A stretch of 54,568 nucleotides of DNA from Minisyncoccota bacterium (GTDB lineage: Bacteria; Patescibacteriota; Minisyncoccia; Phycocordibacterales; XYD1-FULL-46-19): contig JBBDJY010000001.1 in NCBI GenBank assembly GCA_040879645.1, forward strand, positions 1-54,568, given 5' to 3'. The notes below the pieces were generated by a model that worked only from the letters and a program-made list of their open reading frames with translations, was not told the DNA's origin and did not search any database. Of this stretch, positions 9,016 to 17,901 are shown one piece after another (within the stretch, counting starts at the first letter, position 1; each line of letters opens with the position of its first letter). The position numbers and the translations under genes were made by a program.

Positions 9016-10764
9016 ATGGTTACCGATTCCATTGAATTGAAAAATTTTTTGCTTGATTCCGGCTTGATTGCCAAAAAGATGATTGAGCAAATTGAAAAGA
9101 AGGCCGGTGATAATCTGGTTAAATTTGAAGACTTGATTGTTTCCGAGGGCGGTATTTCCGAGGATGATTTTCGGCGGGCCAAGGCCTATGTGCTCGGTGT
9201 GCCGTTTGTCGATTTAAAACATCAGCGGATTGATAAAGATATTTTGTCGATTATTCCCGAACCGGTCGCTCGCAAGCATAATATTGTCGCTTATAACAAG
9301 CGGGATGGCGGCTTGGAGGTGGCAATGCTTGATCCTCAGGATTTGGAAGCGATAAATTTTATTAAAAAAGGTGTTGGTGGCAAGATTTTACCCCGCTTGA
9401 CCGATACCGATTCGATTAAAAGTGCTTTGGTTCAATACCAAAAGAGTCTGAAGGCCGAATTCGGCGATATTATTCTTGGCGAAGCCAAAAAACTAAAAAC
9501 GATTGAAAACAAGGACGAAAAAGTCGATCCGGCCCAATTGAAAAAATTGGCTGAAGATTTGCCGGTGGTCCGAATTGTTGATTCTTTTTTGTCCCATGCC
9601 ATTACCCAAAAAGCTTCGGATATTCATGTTGAGCCGTTTGAATCGGAAGTGGTTATCCGCTACCGCATTGACGGCATTTTGCACGATGCCATGGTTTTGC
9701 CGAAAAACGCCGCTTCCGGTATTACGGCGCGGATTAAAGTTTTAGCCAATTTGCGTTTGGACGAAAAGCGCTTACCTCAAGACGGTCGGTTTAAGATTGA
9801 AGCGACCGGTACCAGAGTTTCTTTCCGAGTGTCTATCTTGCCGACTTATTTCGGCGAAAAAATCGTTATGCGGTTGTTAATGGATTCGGTTAAAGGTCTG
9901 ACGCTGGAAGAATCCGGTTTTCACGGCGAAAATCTGGAGCGCATCCACCGGGCCGTCCGTCAAAAAACCGGGATGATTTTGGTCACCGGTCCGACCGGTT
10001 CCGGTAAGTCAACCACCCTGTATACTTTGATGGAAATTTTAAATACGCCGGATGTCAATATTTCAACCGTCGAGGATCCGATTGAATACCAAATTTCGCG
10101 AATCAATCAAACGCAAATAAAGCCGGATATCGGCCTGACTTTTTCCTCCGGCCTGCGGGCCTTGGTCCGGCAAGACCCGGATATTATTATGGTCGGGGAG
10201 ATTCGCGATACCGAGACTATCGGTTTGGCGATTAACGCTTCTTTAACTGGCCACTTGGTGTTGTCCACTTTGCATACCAATTCGGCGGCGGCGACCATTC
10301 CGCGGATGCTCGACATGGGGGCCGAACCGTTTCTATTGGTGTCCACTATCAATATTATTATTGCCCAGCGTTTGGTCCGTAAATTGTCGGCCGACAAAGA
10401 AGAATACCTCTTATCCAAAGCCGAGCGCAAAGAATTGGAAAAGCATGTTGATTTTGGTTCTTTGCTGGAAAAATTGAAGCAAGAAAATGCCGTCAGCGAC
10501 AAAGATAATTGGGAGACGATAAAATTTTACAAGGCCAAAGCCAGTCCGGAAGTGCCGGATGGTTATTCCGGTCGGATTGGTATCCATGAAGTGATGACCA
10601 TGTCATCGGCGGTTAAAGAATTGATTATGCAAGGAGCGACCGCCAGTAAAATTGAAGACGAAGCCAAAAAAGAAGGGATGTTAACAATGATCGAAGACGG
10701 AGTTTTTAAAGCGGTCCAAGGGGTAACGACGATTGAAGAAGTCCTGCGGGTGGTGTCGGAATAA
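9016..10764 (+). CDS. pilB: Type IV pilus assembly ATPase (PilB/GspE)
   Basis: ASDIH, RLPQDG, GPTGSGKST, RQDPDIIMVGEIRD, GHLVLSTLHTN. Confidence 0.95.
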   Translation: MVTDSIELKNFLLDSGLIAKKMIEQIEKKAGDNLVKFEDLIVSEGGISEDDFRRAKAYVLGVPFVDLKHQRIDKDILSIIPEPVARKHNIVAYNKRDGGLEVAMLDPQDLEAINFIKKGVGGKILPRLTDTDSIKSALVQYQKSLKAEFGDIILGEAKKLKTIENKDEKVDPAQLKKLAEDLPVVRIVDSFLSHAITQKASDIHVEPFESEVVIRYRIDGILHDAMVLPKNAASGITARIKVLANLRLDEKRLPQDGRFKIEATGTRVSFRVSILPTYFGEKIVMRLLMDSVKGLTLEESGFHGENLERIHRAVRQKTGMILVTGPTGSGKSTTLYTLMEILNTPDVNISTVEDPIEYQISRINQTQIKPDIGLTFSSGLRALVRQDPDIIMVGEIRDTETIGLAINASLTGHLVLSTLHTNSAAATIPRMLDMGAEPFLLVSTINIIIAQRLVRKLSADKEEYLLSKAERKELEKHVDFGSLLEKLKQENAVSDKDNWETIKFYKAKASPEVPDGYSGRIGIHEVMTMSSAVKELIMQGATASKIEDEAKKEGMLTMIEDGVFKAVQGVTTIEEVLRVVSE

Positions 10765-10768
10765 ATAT

Positions 10769-11986
10769 ATGAAGTTTCACTACAAAGCTAAAAATAAAGA
10801 CGGCGAAGCGGTGGAAGGCGTTAAAGAAGCTAAAAACCGGAGTATCTTGGCTCGCGAGATGAAGGCGGATGGTTTCTTCCTTATCTCGGCTGAAGAGGTC
10901 GACCAGACGAGAGGCCGGCGCTTATTGCAAAAAATCAATACTTCTCTCGGTCGGGTATCTTTGAAGGAAAAAATTGTTTTTGCTTCCAATTTAAGCGCGA
11001 TGATTGTTGCCGGCTTGTCGCTGACTCGGGCCTTGAGCGTCATTGAACGCCAGACAACCAATGTGTATTTCAGGGGTATTTTAACCGATATTATCGATCA
11101 AATCAGTCGAGGTGGCAGTTTGAGTGGTTCACTGAAAAATTATCCGGCGATTTTCCCGGAAGTCTTCACCGCCATGGTGGCGGCCGGCGAAGAGTCGGGT
11201 AATTTACCCGGATCTTTGGAAGTGGTAGCGGACCAAATGAAAAAAAGCTATGACCTTCGGCGCAAAGTGCGCGGGGCAATGATTTATCCGGCGATTATTA
11301 TTGTTGTCATTATTCTGATTGCCGCTTTGATGATGATTTTTTTGGTACCGACTTTGACCGCCACTTTTACCGAATTGGAAGTGGAATTGCCTTTGTCCAC
11401 CCGGTTGGTGATTATGACCAGTGATTTTATGGCCAACAATATTATGGTGACTTTGGGTGGATTTTTGATTTTTGCCTTGGGTAGTGTTTGGTACGGCCGA
11501 ACCGATCGGGGTCGGTTGACTTACCACTACTTATTACTTCATTTACCGGTGATTAAGGGTTTGGTGATTAAAGTCAATTCAGCCATTATTATGCGCAATA
11601 TTTCGTCGTTGATTTCGTCGGGGGTGAGCATGCTTGAAACTTTGCGTATTACCCGGCGAATTGTCGCCAATGTTTATTACAAAGAAGCGATTGATGAAGC
11701 GCTGGAAAAGGTGCAAAAGGGTATTGGTTTGTCTTCGGTTTTTTCCAATCGATCGCATTTATTTCCGGTCTTGGTGGCGGAAATGGCCTTGGTTGGTGAA
11801 GAGACCGGTAATTTGCCGGTGATGCTCTTAAACGGTGCCAAGTTTTTTGAGGAAGAGGTTGATCAGGCGACCAAAAATCTTTCCACGATTATTGAACCGG
11901 TGTTGATGGTCTTTATCGGTTTGGCCGTCGGCTTTTTTGCCATCTCGATGATCGGACCGATGTATTCCCTTTCCAGCGCCATTTAA
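10769..11986 (+). CDS. pilC: Type IV pilus platform protein (PilC/GspF)
   Basis: Two T2SSF repeats (GEESGNL, GEETGNL, IEP). Confidence 0.93.
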   Translation: MKFHYKAKNKDGEAVEGVKEAKNRSILAREMKADGFFLISAEEVDQTRGRRLLQKINTSLGRVSLKEKIVFASNLSAMIVAGLSLTRALSVIERQTTNVYFRGILTDIIDQISRGGSLSGSLKNYPAIFPEVFTAMVAAGEESGNLPGSLEVVADQMKKSYDLRRKVRGAMIYPAIIIVVIILIAALMMIFLVPTLTATFTELEVELPLSTRLVIMTSDFMANNIMVTLGGFLIFALGSVWYGRTDRGRLTYHYLLLHLPVIKGLVIKVNSAIIMRNISSLISSGVSMLETLRITRRIVANVYYKEAIDEALEKVQKGIGLSSVFSNRSHLFPVLVAEMALVGEETGNLPVMLLNGAKFFEEEVDQATKNLSTIIEPVLMVFIGLAVGFFAISMIGPMYSLSSAI

Positions 11987-11990
11987 TTTT

Positions 11991-12491
11991 ATGTCGGCAT
12001 TAAACCAACTATTTAATTTTTCTCTTTCGCCGGTCAGGCGGCGGGGTTTTACTCTGATTGAAATCATTATCGTGATTGTTTTGATGTTTATTATCGCCGC
12101 CTTAATCGTTCCGCCGTTTATTGACTTCCGTCGTTCCCAGCTTTTGACCGGCGAGACGGACAATGTCACTTCTTTGATTAATTTGGCCCGGTCGCATACT
12201 TTGGCCGCCTGGCAAGATAGTAATTACGGTATTCATTTTGCGACTGATGCCGTGACCATTTTCCCCGGTGATAATTATGATCCGGATAGTCCGGATAATA
12301 TCACGACGACTTTGGCCGACGGGGTAATCATCGACAGTCTTGACTTGACCGGCGGAGCGACGGAAATTGTTTTTGCCCGGCAGACCGGCTTGCCGAGTGT
12401 TTATGGTTCAACCACGGTGGCTTTAAGTTCCGATTTAACCAAGAATAATGTTATCATTATCAGTGAGGCCGGTATTGCTTATGTTGAATAA
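11991..12491 (+). CDS. Type IV prepilin (FimT/GspH-like minor pilin)
   Basis: GFTLIE prepilin motif plus hydrophobic helix. Confidence 0.9.
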   Translation: MSALNQLFNFSLSPVRRRGFTLIEIIIVIVLMFIIAALIVPPFIDFRRSQLLTGETDNVTSLINLARSHTLAAWQDSNYGIHFATDAVTIFPGDNYDPDSPDNITTTLADGVIIDSLDLTGGATEIVFARQTGLPSVYGSTTVALSSDLTKNNVIIISEAGIAYVE

Positions 12492-13011
12492 TTTTAAAAA
12501 TATATTTTTTCGGCGAAGGCGATTGCCGTCTGGCGGATTGTCAGCGACCAATCGGGGTTTCAGTTTGATTGAAGTGGTGGTCGGTGCCAGTATTATTGCC
12601 GGCACCTTGATTAGTATTATGATTGCTCTTCAGGCCTCGATTAACTTATCCCGCTATTCGGTGGATAGCACTCAAGCTTTGTATATTTTGGAAGAAGGTC
12701 TGGAGGTAATGAGACATTTGCGCGATCAAGACTGGAATAATCTGGCCGCTTTGACGACGGAGACCGATTATTGGCTGGCTTTTTCCGGCGGGGCTTGGCA
12801 GATCAGTCAGACCGAAAATTTATTGGCCGGTAAGTTTAATCGGCGCGTCAATTTAGAAGCGGTCTATCGGGACAATGACGGCCGGATTGCCGCCAGTGGC
12901 GATTTGGACGAAGGAACCAAACGCTTGATTATTAGCGTCAGTTGGCCGGATCGGAATGAAACGCGGACCAAGTCCATTACCACTTATTTAGCGGATATTA
13001 AATCGGAATAG
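12481..13011 (+). CDS. Type IV prepilin (PilV-like minor pilin)
   Basis: GFSLIE motif. Confidence 0.88.
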   Translation: MLNNFKNIFFRRRRLPSGGLSATNRGFSLIEVVVGASIIAGTLISIMIALQASINLSRYSVDSTQALYILEEGLEVMRHLRDQDWNNLAALTTETDYWLAFSGGAWQISQTENLLAGKFNRRVNLEAVYRDNDGRIAASGDLDEGTKRLIISVSWPDRNETRTKSITTYLADIKSE

Positions 13012-13017
13012 AATTTT

Positions 13018-13524
13018 ATGTTTCGTTTTTCTCTTCACAAACAAAAACCGGCCACCGGCTACACCCTGATTGAAGCGATTGTGTATATCGCCATTTTGAC
13101 GGTAATTTTGGTGGCGGTGATGCTTTTAGTCGTGGTGATGCTTCGTTCCTTAAGCGGGATTAGAGCCAATCACACGTTAATGCAAGGGGCTGAAGCCGGT
13201 TTGGAGCGGTTGTTACGGGAGGTGCGTAAAACAGGCAGTATTAATCTCACCGCCAGTGTTTTTGATACTTCGCCCGGCCGGCTGGTTCTGATTTCGACGG
13301 ATAGTGGTAATAATCAGATTACCCAAGATTTTTATGTTGATAATGGCCGGTTATTATTATCCACCAATGGCGCTACCGGCCTTGATCTGTTGCCTCAATC
13401 AGCCGATTTGGACAGTTTGATTTTTCGCCAATTTGATAATGTCGGGGTTAAGATTGAAATGACAATTTCGGATAGTCGAACCGATGCCGGCCGAGCTTTT
13501 TATTCTTCGGCAGTTTTACGTTAA
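13018..13524 (+). CDS. Type IV prepilin (PilW-like minor pilin)
   Basis: GYTLIE motif. Confidence 0.88.
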   Translation: MFRFSLHKQKPATGYTLIEAIVYIAILTVILVAVMLLVVVMLRSLSGIRANHTLMQGAEAGLERLLREVRKTGSINLTASVFDTSPGRLVLISTDSGNNQITQDFYVDNGRLLLSTNGATGLDLLPQSADLDSLIFRQFDNVGVKIEMTISDSRTDAGRAFYSSAVLR

Positions 13525-13525
13525 T

Positions 13526-14758
13526 ATGATTAAGTTTAAACCGGTAAATAAACAAAGTGGCCAAGCAATGATTTTAGTCGTGATTTTCGGTCTTTTGGTC
13601 GGTTTGGCGATAATCGCCGGTATTGTCGCGCCAACCGTCCGAGCGGCCAGAATCGCTTCCGAATTGACTCGCTCGGCCGCCAGTTATTATCTGGCCGAAG
13701 CGGCGGTCGAAGATGCCGTCTATCGCTTGCGAGCCGGAGATGAGGTTTTACCCGCTGATACGCTCGAAATAGACGGCCGAGTGGCGACGATTGAAGTTGT
13801 TGACACCCCGTTTGGTGGCGGTAAAAAAATTACCATTGCCGGCGATTGGGATGAAGCTATTCGCCGGATTGGGGCCAAATTAGTTCTTGGTACCGGCGCT
13901 TCTTTTCATTACGGTATTCAGTCCGGTAATGGCGGTTTTCAAATAGACAATGGGGCGGTGGTGCACGGGAACATTTTTTCCAATGGAGCAATTCAGGGGG
14001 CTAATAACGCCGAAATTACCGGTTCGGCCATTTCGGTTGTTAGTATTAATAATATTAAAGCCGGTGACGATGTTCATGCGCCGGAGGTAACCAATTCGTC
14101 CGCTTTGGGCGGTACTTTATATTGCCAGACCGGCTCAGGCAACAATCAGCCATGTAATACTTCTTTGGATAACCCAGAGTCACAGGATTATCCCCTTACT
14201 GAAGAAATGATTAATGGTTGGAAAGAGGATGCCGAAGCCGGTGGAGTAATTACCGGTGATTATACGCCGTCGGGAAGCAGTTCATCTTTGGGTCCGGTTA
14301 AAATTGAGGGTAATTTACATATTCCCGGTGGTCATAATTTAACGATTGATGATACGGTCTGGGTCACCGGCAATATCACCACCGGTACTAATCCGGTGGT
14401 CCGATTAAATGCCGATTATGGCCCGAGTGGCGGTATTTTTATGGCTGATGGCTCGATTGATATAAGTAATAATGCGGTTTTTGAGGGTTCGGGCGAAGCT
14501 AGCAGTTATATTTTATTATTGACGACCAGTTCGGCTGATCCGGCTATTCGGGTGGCTAATAATACCGATACGGTTATCTTGAATGCCCAGTGGGGGGTAA
14601 TCCAATTTGCTCAAAATGCCGGCGCCAATGAGGCGGTGGCTTATAAAATCCATATGTTACAAAATGCCGAGGTTTTTTATATTTCCGGTTTGGCTAATCT
14701 GAGCTTTATTAGTGGACCGGGTGGAACTTTCAATATCTTCGGTTGGGGCGAGGAATAA
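13526..14758 (+). CDS. PilX-like minor pilin with large beta-rich C-terminal domain
   Basis: SGQAMIL.. (no E5), AYYLAEA-like SYYLAEAAVE, Gly/Asn-rich beta-solenoid-like tail. Confidence 0.8.
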   Translation: MIKFKPVNKQSGQAMILVVIFGLLVGLAIIAGIVAPTVRAARIASELTRSAASYYLAEAAVEDAVYRLRAGDEVLPADTLEIDGRVATIEVVDTPFGGGKKITIAGDWDEAIRRIGAKLVLGTGASFHYGIQSGNGGFQIDNGAVVHGNIFSNGAIQGANNAEITGSAISVVSINNIKAGDDVHAPEVTNSSALGGTLYCQTGSGNNQPCNTSLDNPESQDYPLTEEMINGWKEDAEAGGVITGDYTPSGSSSSLGPVKIEGNLHIPGGHNLTIDDTVWVTGNITTGTNPVVRLNADYGPSGGIFMADGSIDISNNAVFEGSGEASSYILLLTTSSADPAIRVANNTDTVILNAQWGVIQFAQNAGANEAVAYKIHMLQNAEVFYISGLANLSFISGPGGTFNIFGWGEE

Positions 14759-14827
14759 ATCGGACTGTCAATATTTTCTAAAATAATGATTATGCTACAA
14801 TGAGCGCATTGTCAGTAATTTTTTACT

Positions 14828-15592
14828 ATGGCTAAAAAAATTCTGGTGGCCAATTGGAAATTAAATCCGACGACGCCGCGCGAAGCCAAACAGCTTTTTA
14901 CCAAAATCAAGAAACAAACCTCAGGCTTAAAACGAAGCGAGGTGGTTATCGCTCCACCGGCTATCTGGCTGTCTTTATTGGACGCCGGCCAAAACCGGCA
15001 ACTGTCTTTGGCCGGTCAAGATGCCTTTTATGAGTCGGCCGGGGCTTTTACCGGCCGGCTCAGTTCGCCAATGTTTCGTTATGCCGGCGCGACTCATATT
15101 ATTATCGGTCATTCCGAGCGGCGTTTGGCCGGCGATACCGATGACATTATCAATAAAAAAATCAAAGCGGCGCTTAAGGCCCGGCTTAAGGTTATTTTTT
15201 GTTTCGGCGAAACCGAACGAGACAGTCGGGGAGAGTATTTAACCGTGTTGAAGAATCAGATTAAAACCGGTCTACAGCGTATCGGTAAGGATAACTTTAA
15301 ACACTTGATTATGGCTTATGAACCGGTGTGGGCGATTGGTGAGCGGGCGCGGGAAGCGGATACGCCGTCGGATTTTTTACACAATGCTATTTTTATCAAA
15401 AAAGTTTTAGCCGGCATCGTTGATCGCAAGACCGCTTTGGCGATTCCGATTCTTTACGGCGGGTCGGTTAATAAAAAGAATATTGGTGATTTTCTTGGCG
15501 ACGGTGAAGCCGATGGCGTTTTGGTTGGTCGAGCGTCTTTGGATGCCACTGAATTTGGGGCGATGATTAAAATCGCCGAAGAGTTGAAATGA
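14828..15592 (+). CDS. tpiA: Triosephosphate isomerase
   Basis: ANWK, GHSERR, AYEPVWAIG, LYGGSV. Confidence 0.97.
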   Translation: MAKKILVANWKLNPTTPREAKQLFTKIKKQTSGLKRSEVVIAPPAIWLSLLDAGQNRQLSLAGQDAFYESAGAFTGRLSSPMFRYAGATHIIIGHSERRLAGDTDDIINKKIKAALKARLKVIFCFGETERDSRGEYLTVLKNQIKTGLQRIGKDNFKHLIMAYEPVWAIGERAREADTPSDFLHNAIFIKKVLAGIVDRKTALAIPILYGGSVNKKNIGDFLGDGEADGVLVGRASLDATEFGAMIKIAEELK

Positions 15593-15598
15593 TTAATT

Positions 15599-16720
15599 AT
15601 GGATTTGCCAACGATTAAAGATTTAAAACCGGCCGACTTGAAAGGCAAGCGAGTGATTGTCCGAGTGGATTTTAATGTGCCGATTAAAAACGGCCGAGTG
15701 GTGGGCGAGCATCGGATTATTCGCAGTTTGCCGACTATTTCTTTTTTAGCCAAAGCCGGCGCGCGGATTATTTTGATCAGTCATTTGGGCGATTCGGCGG
15801 GGAGTCTTAAACCGGTGGCTTTGGCTTTAAGTCGGCACCTTAAGGCCGGCTTTATCCCGTCACTTCCGACGGCCGAGCGAATTGATAATTTAGCCGATGG
15901 CGGAGTGGTCTTGTTGGAAAACTTGCGCCAAGAAGCCGGCGAAGAAAAAAATTCACTGACTTTTGCTCGTCGCCTGGCTCGCTTGGGCGACATTTATGTT
16001 AACGATGCTTTTTCTGTTTCCCATCGGGCTCACGCTTCGATTGTTCGCTTGCCGAAATTATTGCCCGCTTATGCCGGTTTGTTATTTCTTGATGAATATA
16101 CTCATTTAGCTAAAATATTTTCGGCCGAGAAACCTTTTGTGCTTATCTTGGGCGGAGCCAAATTTTCCACCAAATTACCTTTGGTTAAAAAGTATTTATC
16201 TCGGGCCGATCAAATTTTTATTACCGGTGCTTTGGCTCATTCCTTTTTCCACCAAAAGGGTTTTTCGATCGGTCAATCATTGGTCGAAAAAAAAGTTAGC
16301 GGTTTGGCTGATTTATTAAAGAACAAAAAACTAAAGTTACCGATCGACCTTATCGTTCGGTCGGGTGGTACGGATAAGGTTAAATTACCGACCGAAGTCG
16401 AATCATCTGATATTATCTTTGATGCCGGGCCGGCGACCGTTGCGACGATTGGTCAAGCGGTGGCCGGTGCCAAAACGGTTCTTTGGAACGGTCCCTTGGG
16501 TAATTTTGAAAATGGCTATGATGCCGGCACCAAACAGTTGGCGCAGATTATCGGTCAAAGTCAGGCATTTTCGGTTGTTGGCGGGGGTGATACGGTGGCG
16601 GCGATTGAACAATTGTCTTTGGTTAGTAATTTTGATTTTATCTCGACGGCCGGCGGAGCGATGCTTGAATTTTTAGCCGAGGGTCATTTGCCCGGTTTGG
16701 AAGCTTTAACCGCCAAATAA
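15599..16720 (+). CDS. pgk: Phosphoglycerate kinase
   Basis: RVDFNVP, LLENLR, VNDAF..HR, WNGP.G, GGGDT, STAGGA. Confidence 0.97.
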   Translation: MDLPTIKDLKPADLKGKRVIVRVDFNVPIKNGRVVGEHRIIRSLPTISFLAKAGARIILISHLGDSAGSLKPVALALSRHLKAGFIPSLPTAERIDNLADGGVVLLENLRQEAGEEKNSLTFARRLARLGDIYVNDAFSVSHRAHASIVRLPKLLPAYAGLLFLDEYTHLAKIFSAEKPFVLILGGAKFSTKLPLVKKYLSRADQIFITGALAHSFFHQKGFSIGQSLVEKKVSGLADLLKNKKLKLPIDLIVRSGGTDKVKLPTEVESSDIIFDAGPATVATIGQAVAGAKTVLWNGPLGNFENGYDAGTKQLAQIIGQSQAFSVVGGGDTVAAIEQLSLVSNFDFISTAGGAMLEFLAEGHLPGLEALTAK

Positions 16721-16758
16721 TAGTTTTTAACTGATTGAACTATCAGCCGGTTAGAGGT

Positions 16759-17166
16759 ATGTCTAAAAAAAGTAAAAAAGAAATTTGGCCGAAAGTGGCG
16801 GTCAAACGCTCAGCTGCCGGTTTGGGTTTATTTGCCGTTCTTCCGATTGCCAAGGGGACGCGGATTATTGAATATTTCGGTGAAATTTTAAGCGCCGCCG
16901 AGGCCGACCGGCGGGGCGGGAAATATTTATTTGATTTAAGTTCACGCCGAACGGTTGACGGTTATACGCGCAAAAATATCGCCCGTTATATCAATCACTC
17001 TTGCCGGCCAAATTGCGAAACGGAAATTGTCGGTGGCCGAATTTATGTTTATGCCCGGCGCCGGATCAAAGCCGGCGAAGAATTGGCCTATGATTACGGC
17101 CAAGAGTATTACGATGAATTTATTAAACCTGACGGTTGCCAGTGCGGGGCGGATAAGCATTTATAA
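16759..17166 (+). CDS. SET-domain protein-lysine methyltransferase
   Basis: GLGLFA, ARYINHSCRPN, GEELAYDY, post-SET CQCG. Confidence 0.92.
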   Translation: MSKKSKKEIWPKVAVKRSAAGLGLFAVLPIAKGTRIIEYFGEILSAAEADRRGGKYLFDLSSRRTVDGYTRKNIARYINHSCRPNCETEIVGGRIYVYARRRIKAGEELAYDYGQEYYDEFIKPDGCQCGADKHL

Positions 17167-17267
17167 AAAGCTTTGCCGATTTTCGGTCAAGATTTGAATT
17201 TTGTCCGAATGATGGTAGTCTATGTTTAGAATTCGGATTAACAATCAAAAAAGAAAGGAGGCTTTTA

Positions 17268-17399
17268 ATGACGACAGAAGAGATGCTTACGACCAAGTTC
17301 TGTCCCTATTGTGGGCGGGATATTGAAAACCCGTCTTTCTCTGACCATTGCGAGAAGTGTGGTCGGTGGTGTTTGTCCCACTTATCTCCCTTCGTCTGA
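17268..17399 (+). CDS. Small zinc-ribbon protein (43 aa, below the ORF track cutoff)
   Basis: SD AAGGAGG; MTTEEMLTTKFCPYCGRDIENPSFSDHCEKCGRWCLSHLSPFV with two CxxCG motifs. Confidence 0.7.
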   Translation: MTTEEMLTTKFCPYCGRDIENPSFSDHCEKCGRWCLSHLSPFV

Positions 17400-17427
17400 G
17401 CTAATGTGACGCCAATTAAGGCGGGCT

Positions 17428-17838
17428 TTAAACGGCCCGCCTGATCTTGTCTTGAATGACGGTCATTTCTTTTTCGCTGATTTTTTTCGGTTGCCAGTGA
17501 ATTAAGCCATCATCTTTAAACCGGGGAATAATATGGATATGGGCATGGAAAATCACTTGGCCGGCGGCCGGACCGTTATTCATCCCCAAATTAATGCCTT
17601 CGGCGGCCAAAGCTTTTTTAATGACGCCGGCGACTGTCTGAACGCCGGCAAAGAGGTCCGCCAGTTCATTTTTGGACAGCGTAAAAAAATCTTGATGATG
17701 ACGGCGGGGAATGACCAGGGTATGACCCGGATTATTGGGATTGATATCCAAAAAAGCAATAACTTTTTCGTCTTGATAGACAATCTTGGCCGGTACCATC
17801 CCGTCAATAATTTGGCAAAATAAACAATCTGTTTTCAT
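17428..17838 (-). CDS. HIT family nucleotide hydrolase
   Basis: CLFC, FLDINP..GHTLVIP, HAHIHII histidine triad. Confidence 0.95.
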   Translation of the reverse strand: MKTDCLFCQIIDGMVPAKIVYQDEKVIAFLDINPNNPGHTLVIPRRHHQDFFTLSKNELADLFAGVQTVAGVIKKALAAEGINLGMNNGPAAGQVIFHAHIHIIPRFKDDGLIHWQPKKISEKEMTVIQDKIRRAV

Positions 17839-17901
17839 TAAGCTAAATTATAACCTAAAATAATAAGTTCCAAAATATAAGTTTTTGGATTATAAATAAT
17901 T

